From assembly GCA_963708135.1 (NCBI GenBank), contig OY970192.1, positions 256,001-320,000 of the forward strand: 64,000 nucleotides of DNA, in the 5' to 3' direction. This stretch comes from an uncultured Gemmatimonadales bacterium (GTDB lineage: Bacteria > Gemmatimonadota > Gemmatimonadetes > Longimicrobiales > RSA9). Each line of letters starts with the position of its first letter. The stretch's first letter is position 1. The position numbers and the translations under genes were made by a program. The notes beneath the pieces are model-generated. The model worked only from the letters and a program-made list of their open reading frames with translations, ran no database searches and was not told the DNA's origin. This document shows positions 35,990-45,012 of the stretch, one piece after another.

Positions 35990-38419
35990 CTACTCCGCGC
36001 GCAGCGCGGCCATCGGGTCCGCGCGCGTGGCGCGCCACGCGGGCACCCAGGCGGCGGCGAGCGCCACGGCCAGGAGCAGCGCGAGCGCCGTGAGCAGGGC
36101 GAGCGGATCGGCGGGGCTCACCTGGAAGAGCAGCGAGCGGAGGAAGCGCGAGGCGAGGAGGGCGGCCGCGAGGCCCACGGCTCCGCCCGCGGCGGCGATC
36201 CGGCCGGCATCCGCGAGCACGGCGGCCCGGAGGCGCGCTGGGGTGGCGCCGAGGGCGACGCGGATGCCGAGCTCGTGGGTGCGCTCGCGCACCGCGGCGG
36301 CCATGGCGCCGTAGAGGCCGAGGGCGGCGAGCAGCAGCGCGGCGAGGCCGAAGGAGGAGAGGAGCAGGGTGGAGAGGCGGGGCAGCGCGAGCTGGGTGCC
36401 GAGAAGGCCGTCCATGGTCTCGGCGCGGGCGAGCGTGGCCTCGGGCGCGGCCGCGCGCAGCGCGCCACGGAGCGCGGGCAGGGCGGCGGCGAGCGGCCCG
36501 CGCGTGCGGATGGCGAGCGTGCCCTGGAAGAACCAGCCGCGCCACGGGACCCAGACCGACGGCGTCGCCTCGCGCAGGCTGCGGTAGTGGATGTCCTCGG
36601 CCTCGCCCACCACGGTGTGCCAGGGGTTGGCGCTGGTGTCCCAGGTCAGGCGGAGCTGCTTGCCGATCGGGTCCTGGCCGGGCCAGAAGCGCTCGGCCAC
36701 CGAGTGGCTCACGACGACGACAGGCGGCGCGTCCCCGCCCTCGTTCTCGCGGAAGCCGCGCCCGCGCAGCAGCCGGATCCCGAAGGTGCGGAAGTAGTCG
36801 CGGCCGGCGACCTCGAAGGGGATGAACGGGTTGGCCGCCGCCGCGGCGTCAGACTGGCCGGCGGCGGCCCAGCGGGCGGTGAAGACCTGCGGGCCGTAGA
36901 AGGGCAGCGCATCGACGGGTGTGAGCGAGACCACTTCCGGCAGCGTGCGTAGCGCCGGCGCGACGCGGTCGTACAGTCGGGTGAAGACGCTGTCCGCATC
37001 GCCGCCGCCGATCGGGTGTGCGATGGTGATCACGGACAGGTGCGCGGGCTGGTAGCCGAGCGGGATCCGTGTGAGCCGGTCGAGGCTGCGCGCCAGCAGG
37101 GCGGCGCCGGCGAGCATGACCAGCGCGAGCGCCACCTGCGAGGCGACGAGAGCCTGACGCAGCCGCCGTCGCCTGCCGCCGCCGCGGCCCGCGCGGGCGT
37201 CCATCCGGAGCGGCGCGGCCAGGCTGCCGCGCGCCGCGCCGAGCGCGGGGAGGAGCGCGGCGAGCACGAGGGCGACGAGCGTGGTAGCGGCGGCGAGGCC
37301 GAGCGGGGCGGAGGAGAGGCGGAGCACGTCGAGGCGCGGCAGCCGCTCGGGGGCGAGCCGCGTGAGCGCGTCGAGCGCGCCCACGGCGCACGCGAGCCCG
37401 AGCAGCCCGCCGGCCACGGCCAGCGCGGCGCTCTCCCACACGAGTGGCCGCAAGATGTCGGCGGTGCCGGCCCCGATGGAGCGGCGCACGGCGACCTCCG
37501 CCTCCCGGGCCGTGGCGCGGAGCAGGACGAGGCCGCCCACGTTCACGCACGCGATGAGCAGCAGCAGCGCGACGGCCGCCGCGAGCACGAGGAGCTCGGG
37601 GCGCACGGAGCCGAGCACCGCGTGCCGGAAGGTCTCGACCTGCGCCCGCGCGATCGGCGCGCCCTGCGTCTTCCGGGCGACCCGCTCGGCGTCCACGCGG
37701 CGCATGATCGAGAAGAACTCCGCGTGCGCCGCGGCCGGCGTCGCTCCCGGCGCGAGGCGCGCCACCACGTCCAGGTTCGGGTAGACGATCGGCGTCCAGT
37801 ACTCGGCGCCGGCCGGATAGGCGAGGCCCGGCGGTGCCACGCCCACGACCCGCGCCACGTCCCCCGTGTACGGGTTCCCGATGCGACGGCCGATCACGCC
37901 CGGGTCGCCGCCGAAGTCGCGTCGCCACGTCTCGTAGCTCAGCACGACCGATCCGGGGAAGCGGCCGACGGGCACCTCGTCCGCCGTCCCGAAGAAGCGG
38001 CCGAGCGCCGGCCGCACGCCCAGCAGCGCGAAGAAGTTGCCCGTGACCCAGGCGGCGCGCAGCGTGAGCGCGCGATCGCCGTCGGTGACGGCGGTCTCGA
38101 AGGCGCCCTGGTGCGCCACCCCCGCCACGTCGCCGAGTGTGCGGCTGGCGGAGCCGAGCTGCTTCAGCTCCTCCTGTGTCATGCTGACGTCCACGCCGCC
38201 CGGGTCGAGCGTGCGGAGCAGGACCAGCCGGTCGGGAGCGCGCACGGGCAGCGGGCGCACGAGGACGGCGTCCGTCGCCGCGAAGAGCGCCGTCGCCATC
38301 CCAATGCCGAGGGCGAGGATGAGCACGGCCGTGGCCGTGAAGGCGGGGGCGCGCCGCAGCCCGCGCAGCGCCTGCCCCAGCTCCCGGCTGGCGCGCTCCA
38401 GGACGTACGGACGCGCCAT
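35990..38419 (-). CDS. ADOP/MacB-FtsX duplicated ABC transporter permease
   Basis: LILALGIG, LLLIACVNV, QVALALV, ERTHELGIRVALGA, PAWRATRADPMAALRAE. Confidence 0.93.
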   Translation of the reverse strand: MARPYVLERASRELGQALRGLRRAPAFTATAVLILALGIGMATALFAATDAVLVRPLPVRAPDRLVLLRTLDPGGVDVSMTQEELKQLGSASRTLGDVAGVAHQGAFETAVTDGDRALTLRAAWVTGNFFALLGVRPALGRFFGTADEVPVGRFPGSVVLSYETWRRDFGGDPGVIGRRIGNPYTGDVARVVGVAPPGLAYPAGAEYWTPIVYPNLDVVARLAPGATPAAAHAEFFSIMRRVDAERVARKTQGAPIARAQVETFRHAVLGSVRPELLVLAAAVALLLLIACVNVGGLVLLRATAREAEVAVRRSIGAGTADILRPLVWESAALAVAGGLLGLACAVGALDALTRLAPERLPRLDVLRLSSAPLGLAAATTLVALVLAALLPALGAARGSLAAPLRMDARAGRGGGRRRRLRQALVASQVALALVMLAGAALLARSLDRLTRIPLGYQPAHLSVITIAHPIGGGDADSVFTRLYDRVAPALRTLPEVVSLTPVDALPFYGPQVFTARWAAAGQSDAAAAANPFIPFEVAGRDYFRTFGIRLLRGRGFRENEGGDAPPVVVVSHSVAERFWPGQDPIGKQLRLTWDTSANPWHTVVGEAEDIHYRSLREATPSVWVPWRGWFFQGTLAIRTRGPLAAALPALRGALRAAAPEATLARAETMDGLLGTQLALPRLSTLLLSSFGLAALLLAALGLYGAMAAAVRERTHELGIRVALGATPARLRAAVLADAGRIAAAGGAVGLAAALLASRFLRSLLFQVSPADPLALLTALALLLAVALAAAWVPAWRATRADPMAALRAE

Positions 38420-38617
38420 CAGCGCGGCTCGCCGGCGGTTGGTGGGGCGGGTCTCTCGTCGGGCGACATCGGGCCTCGTGGGGAGGAGGACGGGCCGGTT
38501 GGCTGGACCCCGTTAGCTACACTCCGGCCGCGGGCCGCGTCAAGAGGCCGTGCGTCCTCTTGCGCGGCCGCCGCGACGGCGGCATCTGAGGGAGTGCGCA
38601 TCGGCGGAGGGCGAGTG

Positions 38618-39322
38618 ATGAGCAGGATCGTGACGGTCGCGCTGGTCGGATGGGTGCTGCTCCCGGTGGCGACGGCGTGCGGCCGCGGCGGCTCGGGCCG
38701 CGCCGGCGGCGAGCGCACGGCGCCACCCGCCGGCGCCACCCCGGCCGCCACTCCGGGTCCGGACTCCGCCGCGGCCGCCACCACAGCCGCGGCTGGCCCG
38801 GGCATGGCCGCCGGGGCCGGCATTGCCTCGGGCATGCCGCCGGCTCCCACGCCCGCCGCCGCAGACACCGCCCCGTCCGCCATGGTGGGCCCGTCCGGGA
38901 CAATGGGCCGCGGCGGCATGATGGGCCGCGGCGGCATGCGGGGGATGATGGGTGGCGCCGCGGACACCGGCGCCGCGCCCCGCGCCCGGGTCGCCGCCCC
39001 GCCTCCCGGCGCCGCGGGCGCCGCCGGCTGCCCCGCCGTCACGCAGGCCCTCGCCGACGCGGGCCGGAAGCTCTTCACGGGTGCTGGGAACTGTCAGACC
39101 TGCCACGGCCCGACCGCCTCCGGGACGGCGCTGGCTCCGGACCTCACGGATCGGACGTGGGAGAACGTCGATGGCTCGTATGCCGGCATCGCACGCGTGA
39201 TCCGCGCCGGAGTCCCCCACCCAAAGAACCACCCCGCTCCCATGCCCCCCGCCGGCGGCGCCTCCCTCACCCCCACCCAGCTCTGCGCCCTCGCCGCCTA
39301 CGTCTTCTCCCTCTCCCACTAA
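38618..39322 (+). CDS. Cytochrome c lipoprotein with Ala/Pro- and Met/Gly-rich linker
   Basis: GGAGG RBS, lipobox VATAC, heme motif CQTCH, APDLTD..W, probable axial Met in PMPP. Confidence 0.88.
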   Translation: MSRIVTVALVGWVLLPVATACGRGGSGRAGGERTAPPAGATPAATPGPDSAAAATTAAAGPGMAAGAGIASGMPPAPTPAAADTAPSAMVGPSGTMGRGGMMGRGGMRGMMGGAADTGAAPRARVAAPPPGAAGAAGCPAVTQALADAGRKLFTGAGNCQTCHGPTASGTALAPDLTDRTWENVDGSYAGIARVIRAGVPHPKNHPAPMPPAGGASLTPTQLCALAAYVFSLSH

Positions 39323-39414
39323 CCTCACCCTCCCCCCCTCACCCTCACTCACCCATACCCGAATCCACACCCTCGAACTCTCCCTCACCCTCCCTCACCC
39401 CCACCCCCACCCTC
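39323..39414. repeat. C-rich degenerate (CCCTCA)-type tract between convergent genes
   Basis: Almost G-free 92-nt spacer with multiple CCCTCA and CCCCCA units. Confidence 0.8.
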
Positions 39415-41835
39415 TCACTCCGCCCGCAGCGCCGCGATCGGATCCACCTTCGTCGCCCGCAGCGCGGGGATCGCCGAGGCCAGCACGCCCGCGAGCACGA
39501 GCGTGCCCGCCACGCCGCCGAAGACCACAGGATCGCGCGGCCGCACGTCGAACAGGATGATGGCGAGCAGGCGCGACACCCCGAGCGCCACGGCGAGGCC
39601 GACGGCCATGCCGATGGCGAGCTGCACGAGCCCCTGGCGCAGGATCAGGCGGACGACGCGGCCGGCCTCGGCGCCGAGCGCCATCCGGATCCCCACCTCG
39701 CGCGTGCGGCGGCTGACGGAGAAGGACATGACGGCGTAGAGCCCGACGGCGGCCATGAAGAGGGCGATGAAGCCGAAGATCATAAACATCGTGCCGAAGA
39801 CGCGCACGAACCAGAGCGGCTGCGCGATGGCCTGGTCGAGCGGCATGATCCAGTAGAGCGGCAGGTCGGGCTCGAGCGCGGCCGCGGCCGCGCGCACCTG
39901 CGCGGTCACGGCCATGGGCGGCCCGGCGGTGCGCGCCGAGATGTAGACGAAGTTGGAGTGCTGCTGCGCGAGCGGGCGGAAGACCACCGGCGGCATCGGG
40001 TCCTCCGGGTCGCCTCCGAAGATGTCCGGCACCACGCCCACGATGGTCAGCCACGGCGCAGTGCTCTTCGACGCGCCCATGCGGATGCGCCGGCCGAGCG
40101 GGTCCTGGCCGGCGAGGAAGCGGTCCACGAAGCGCTGCGTGACGATGGCCACGGGCGGCGCGTCCTCGCGGTCGGCGTCCGTGAACAGGCGGCCGCGGGA
40201 GAGGGGAATGTCGAGCGTGGAGAAGAAGCCGGGCGTCACCGAGGCGCTCCTGGTGAGCGGGTAGTCGGCATCGCGCCCGTAGGTCTTGCCCTCGAGCGCG
40301 AACCGGTCGCCGCCGAGTCCCTGCTGCGCCCCGGGCAGCCCCGAGCTCACGGCGGCCGCGCGCACGCCGGGCAGCGCCGCCACCCGGTCCGGCAGCTGCC
40401 GGAAGAACCGCTTCTGGCGGGCCGTGTCCGTGTACACCTCGGGGAACCCGACGCGCGCGGTGAAGACGTCCTTCGTCGCGAAGCCCGGGTCCATGGTGCG
40501 CAGGCGGGTCACGCTCTTGACCATGAGCCCGGCGGCCACGAGCAGCGCGCACGAGAGCGCGACCTCGAGCATGACGAGCACCTTGCTCATGCGCCCGATG
40601 CGCGTGCTCGAGGAGCCGCGCGCCTCGTCCTTCAGCACCTCGCCCACGTCCGTGCGCGCCGACTGCACCGCCGGGATCAGGCCCGCGGCCAGGCTGGACA
40701 GCGCGCCCGCGCCGAGCGCGAAGAGCAGCACCGGCGGGTAGAGCTCGAGGCGGATGTAGGACGGGACGTCGGCGTCCACGATGGCGCGCCTGAACGCGTC
40801 CACGCCCACCCAGGCGACGAGGATGCCGAGCGCCACCCCCGCGAGCGCCAGCATGCTCGATTCCGCCAGGAACTGGCGTACCACCTGCCCCCGCGTGGCG
40901 CCGATGGCGGTGCGGATCGCCACCTCCTTGGTGCGGTGCGCCGCCCGGTCGAGCAGCAGGTTGGCCACGTTCGCGCACGCGATGAGCAGCACGAAGAAGA
41001 CCGCGCCGAGCATCGTGTAGAGCAGTCTCCGCGGCTGCGGCCCGATGCTCCATTCAGGGAAGCTGATCGCGCTGGCCGTGAAGCCGCTGTCCGGCTCCGG
41101 GTACTGCGCCGCCAGCCGCCTGGCCGTGGCTGCAATATCGGCGGACGCCCGGGCCAGGTCCACGCCGGGCGCGAGCCTGCCGACGGCGATCAGGTACTGG
41201 CCCTCCCCGCGCTTCGTGGCGAGCGGGTCCGTCTGCAGCGGCAGCCACACCTTGATGTGCTGCGGGAAGTCGAAGCCCTGCGGCATGACCCCGATCACCG
41301 TGTACGGCTCGCCGTTCACCCGGATCTGGCGACCCAGGATGGCCCGGTCGCCGGCGTAGCGCTGCTGCCACATCTCGTAGCCGAGCACGGCCACCTTCTC
41401 GCCCCCCGGCGCCGCCTCGTCCGCGCGGAACGTGCGCCCGAGCAGCGGTGAGACGCCCAGAACCTGGAACACGTCGGCGGTGAACCAGGCCCCATCGACT
41501 CGCTCCGCGCGCTCGGTGCCGCTCACGTTCATCGTGCCGGAGGTGTAGCCGCCGAGCGCCGTGAAGCTCTTCTGCTGCGCGCGGTAGTCGGCGAAGTCGT
41601 GGATCGAGATCGCGCTCCGCGTGATGTCGCGCGCCGGGTTCGCGCGCGCGACCACCGCCACCCGGTCGCCGCCCGGGTAGGGCAGCCCGCGCATGAGGCC
41701 GCCGTAGATGATGCTGAACATGGTGGTCGTGAGCCCGATCCCGATCGCCAGGGCCAGCACGGCCACCGCGGTGGGGCCGGGCGTGCGGGCGAGCGTGCGG
41801 GCCGCGTAGCGGAGATCGCGCAGCAGAGCATCCAT
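39415..41835 (-). CDS. ADOP/MacB-FtsX duplicated ABC transporter permease
   Basis: DLRYAARTL, VLLIACANVANLL, RRTREVGIRMALGA, PALRATKVDPIAALRAE. Confidence 0.94.
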   Translation of the reverse strand: MDALLRDLRYAARTLARTPGPTAVAVLALAIGIGLTTTMFSIIYGGLMRGLPYPGGDRVAVVARANPARDITRSAISIHDFADYRAQQKSFTALGGYTSGTMNVSGTERAERVDGAWFTADVFQVLGVSPLLGRTFRADEAAPGGEKVAVLGYEMWQQRYAGDRAILGRQIRVNGEPYTVIGVMPQGFDFPQHIKVWLPLQTDPLATKRGEGQYLIAVGRLAPGVDLARASADIAATARRLAAQYPEPDSGFTASAISFPEWSIGPQPRRLLYTMLGAVFFVLLIACANVANLLLDRAAHRTKEVAIRTAIGATRGQVVRQFLAESSMLALAGVALGILVAWVGVDAFRRAIVDADVPSYIRLELYPPVLLFALGAGALSSLAAGLIPAVQSARTDVGEVLKDEARGSSSTRIGRMSKVLVMLEVALSCALLVAAGLMVKSVTRLRTMDPGFATKDVFTARVGFPEVYTDTARQKRFFRQLPDRVAALPGVRAAAVSSGLPGAQQGLGGDRFALEGKTYGRDADYPLTRSASVTPGFFSTLDIPLSRGRLFTDADREDAPPVAIVTQRFVDRFLAGQDPLGRRIRMGASKSTAPWLTIVGVVPDIFGGDPEDPMPPVVFRPLAQQHSNFVYISARTAGPPMAVTAQVRAAAAALEPDLPLYWIMPLDQAIAQPLWFVRVFGTMFMIFGFIALFMAAVGLYAVMSFSVSRRTREVGIRMALGAEAGRVVRLILRQGLVQLAIGMAVGLAVALGVSRLLAIILFDVRPRDPVVFGGVAGTLVLAGVLASAIPALRATKVDPIAALRAE

Positions 41836-42116
41836 CGGGACCTCGCGTGGAGGAGGCGTGGGACGGCGCTTCCTTCCAGAACGGGCGAACGGCGCCTGGG
41901 GTTTCAGGGGCCGCCGCGCGCCGGCCGCGGCTGCCGGCCGGGCGACGCGCGGTGCGCGATGCAGCCGCCCCGTCTCCCCACTCGCCCACTCTCCCACTCT
42001 CCCTCTTGCAACCGTCGCGGCGCCGGGTGCATCTATCGAAACGAGGGTGCTCTCCCGCGCGTAGGGGCTCCACCGACCGAGCCGGAGCCGACGCTCCCCG
42101 ACAAGGAGGCCGCACC

Positions 42117-44585
42117 ATGCCCGTGGGATCCGATCTCCGCCACGCCATCCGCTCCCTCGGCCGGAGCCCCGGCTTCACGCTCGCCGCGCTGCTCACGCTG
42201 GCGCTCGGCATCGGGGCGACGACGGCCGTCTTCACGCTCGTGGACCGCGTCGCCATCCGGCCGCTGCCGTACGCCACGGCGGGGCGGCTGGTCGATGTCG
42301 GCACCTCCTGGCCGAAGATCGGCACGGGCATGCGCGTGCACATCTCGCCGGCGGACTACTTCTACTTCCGGAGCCACGCGCGCACCCTCGAGGACATCGC
42401 GATCTACCAGACGGACCGCGTGAACGTGACGGGGAACGGCGCGGCGGAGCTGGTCCCCACCGTCGAGACGAGCGCGAGCATCTTCCACGTGCTCGGCGTG
42501 CGGCCCGCGCTGGGCCGGCTGCTGAACGAGCAGGACGACCGGCCGTCGGAGGTCGGCGAGAACGCCGTGGCACCCGGACCGGCGGAGCCGGTGGTGGTCC
42601 TCTCCCACGACTTCTGGGTCCGGCGCTACGGCGGCGACCCCGCGATCGTCGGGCGCACGATCCAGGTCGAGGGACGGGCAATGCCGGTCGTGGGCGTGCT
42701 GCCGGCGCGGGCACAGCTGCCGGAGCTGGACGCCGACCTCTGGCTGCCGCTGGGGCTGAACCCCGCCGGGCGGGCCACGAACTGGCACACCCTCAAGTCG
42801 ATCGCGCTGCTCCGCCGCGGCGCCACGGTCGAGGCCGCGCAGCGCGAGCTGGACGGCTTCCGGCGCCGGTTCGTGGAGCTCTTCCCGAGCGCCTACAGTG
42901 ACGACTTCATGCGCTCGACCGGTTTCCACATGGACGTGCGCTCGCTGCGCGAGATCGTGCTCGGCGGCGTGGGCCGCGCGCTGTGGGTGCTTCTCGGCGC
43001 CGTCGCCCTGGTGCTGCTCATCGCGTGCGCGAACGTGGCCAACCTCTTCCTCGTGCGCGCCGCGGGCCGACAGCGCGAGGTGGCCGTGCGCCGCGCGCTC
43101 GGTGCCGACCGGCGTCGCCTGGCGGGCCACTACGTGACCGAGTCGCTCGTGCTCTCGCTCGCCGGCGGCGCGCTGGGCGCGCTCCTCGCCTGGGGCGGGC
43201 TGCGGCTGCTGCTTCGCCTCTCGCCGAGCTGGCTGCCGCGCCTCGAGGAGATCCACATGGACGCCGCCAGCCTCGGCTTCGCCCTCGGCGTGGCGGTGCT
43301 CGCCGGCACCCTCTTCGGCCTGTTCCCGCTGCTGCGCGTCGGCGCCCCCGACGCCGTGCTGCGCGGGAGCGGCCGGAGCGGAGCGACGACGCGCCGCCAG
43401 CACGCCTTCCGGCGCGCGCTCATCGTGGCGCAGATGGCGCTCTCGCTCGTGCTCCTCGCCGCGGCCGGGCTCATGGTGCGGAGCTTCGTCCACCTGCGGG
43501 CGGTGGACCCGGGGATGAAGCCGCGCGGGGTCGTCGCCATCGGGCTGGTGCTGCCGCAGAGCAGCTACGGGACCTACGACGCGGTGGCCCGCTTCTACCG
43601 GGCGCTCACCGCGCGCGTCGAGGCGCTGCCCGGCGTGACGAGCGCGGGGCTCGTGGCCACGCTGCCGCTCAGCGGCGAGATCGGCTGCAACGGCCTGGCC
43701 TTCGAGTCGCGCCCGGGCGAGGACCACTGCGTGGGCGTGAACATCGTCTCGCCCGGCGCGTTCCGCGCGCTCGGCATCGACGTGCGCGGGCGCGTGCCGG
43801 ACTGGGACCAGGCGGTGGCGGGGCGGGCGGGCGTGGTCGTGAGCCCCGCGTTCGCGCGCCGCTTCTGGCCCGGCCAGGATCCCGTCGGCCAGGGCGTGCG
43901 CGGGAACGGCCGCGGCCCCGTCTACTATCCCGTCGTCGGCGTCACGGGCGCCGTCCGCTACGCCGGGCTCGACCAGCCGGCCGAGGAGATGGCCTACTTC
44001 CCGATGGTTCCGACCGAGGGCGCGCCACTGTGGAACCCGCCGCGCTGGCTCACGCTCGTCGTGCGCACGGGACTCGCCCGCCCCACGTCCGTCGTCCCGC
44101 TCGTCCGCCGCACCCTGGCCGCGCTGGATCCCGGCATCCCGGTGGCGGACGTCACCACGATGGACGAGGTCATCGCCCGCTCCACCGCGCGCTGGTCCTT
44201 CGCGCTCATGCTGCTCGGCGTGGCCGCCGCCATGGCCCTCGTGCTGAGCGTCGTCGGACTCTACGGCGTCATCGCCTACCTCGTGGCCGACCGCACCCCC
44301 GAGATCGGCATCCGCATGGCGCTCGGCGCGCGCGTCGGCCAGGTGACGGGCGCGTTCGTCGCGCAGTCGGCGCGCATGGCCGCGCTCGGCATCCTCCTCG
44401 GCCTCGCCGCCGCCCTGCTGGCGACGCGGGCGCTCCGCTCGCTCCTCTTCGACGTCAGCGCCACCGACCCGCTCACACTTTCCGCCGTGGCCGCCCTGCT
44501 GCTGGCCGTGGCGCTCCTCGCCAGCTGGCTGCCCGCGCGCCGGGCCGCGCGGGTGGACCCCGCCCGGGCGCTTCGGACGGAGTGA
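42117..44585 (+). CDS. ADOP/MacB-FtsX duplicated ABC transporter permease
   Basis: AAGGAGG RBS; DLRHAIRSL, LIACANVANLF, EIGIRMALGA, PARRAARVDP. Confidence 0.94.
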   Translation: MPVGSDLRHAIRSLGRSPGFTLAALLTLALGIGATTAVFTLVDRVAIRPLPYATAGRLVDVGTSWPKIGTGMRVHISPADYFYFRSHARTLEDIAIYQTDRVNVTGNGAAELVPTVETSASIFHVLGVRPALGRLLNEQDDRPSEVGENAVAPGPAEPVVVLSHDFWVRRYGGDPAIVGRTIQVEGRAMPVVGVLPARAQLPELDADLWLPLGLNPAGRATNWHTLKSIALLRRGATVEAAQRELDGFRRRFVELFPSAYSDDFMRSTGFHMDVRSLREIVLGGVGRALWVLLGAVALVLLIACANVANLFLVRAAGRQREVAVRRALGADRRRLAGHYVTESLVLSLAGGALGALLAWGGLRLLLRLSPSWLPRLEEIHMDAASLGFALGVAVLAGTLFGLFPLLRVGAPDAVLRGSGRSGATTRRQHAFRRALIVAQMALSLVLLAAAGLMVRSFVHLRAVDPGMKPRGVVAIGLVLPQSSYGTYDAVARFYRALTARVEALPGVTSAGLVATLPLSGEIGCNGLAFESRPGEDHCVGVNIVSPGAFRALGIDVRGRVPDWDQAVAGRAGVVVSPAFARRFWPGQDPVGQGVRGNGRGPVYYPVVGVTGAVRYAGLDQPAEEMAYFPMVPTEGAPLWNPPRWLTLVVRTGLARPTSVVPLVRRTLAALDPGIPVADVTTMDEVIARSTARWSFALMLLGVAAAMALVLSVVGLYGVIAYLVADRTPEIGIRMALGARVGQVTGAFVAQSARMAALGILLGLAAALLATRALRSLLFDVSATDPLTLSAVAALLLAVALLASWLPARRAARVDPARALRTE

Positions 44586-45012
44586 GCTGCAGCCGCACGC
44601 GGCCGGGCCGGGCGCGGGGGCGGGCAAGATCGGCGAGTGGACCTCTCGGTGTGGATCGAGATCGCCTTCTTGATCGGAATTCGAGAAGAAAGGCGCACCG
44701 GCCGCCTCTTGGCGATGCCGCGACCGCGATCTTGCTCGATTTCCGGGATGTTTCGCGATCTGGTCGGTCCTGCGCCCGGCCATTGCGCCATCTTGATCGG
44801 GCAATCGACGGGCTTCGTGGTCGATGAGCCGCGCTGCCGCAACCGGTCGGCGGCGGCAGCGCCGTCGCCTGCGGGAATGCCTTCCCGTCCGGGACCTCGA
44901 GAGAGGGGCGGCAGCGCGGCCGCACATTCGTGACTCGCCTCTCGCGCACGCGCGCGGAACTCCCTAGAATCCCGGGCCGTAGAACGGCACCTCCAGCGGA
45001 CAAGGAGCCAGC

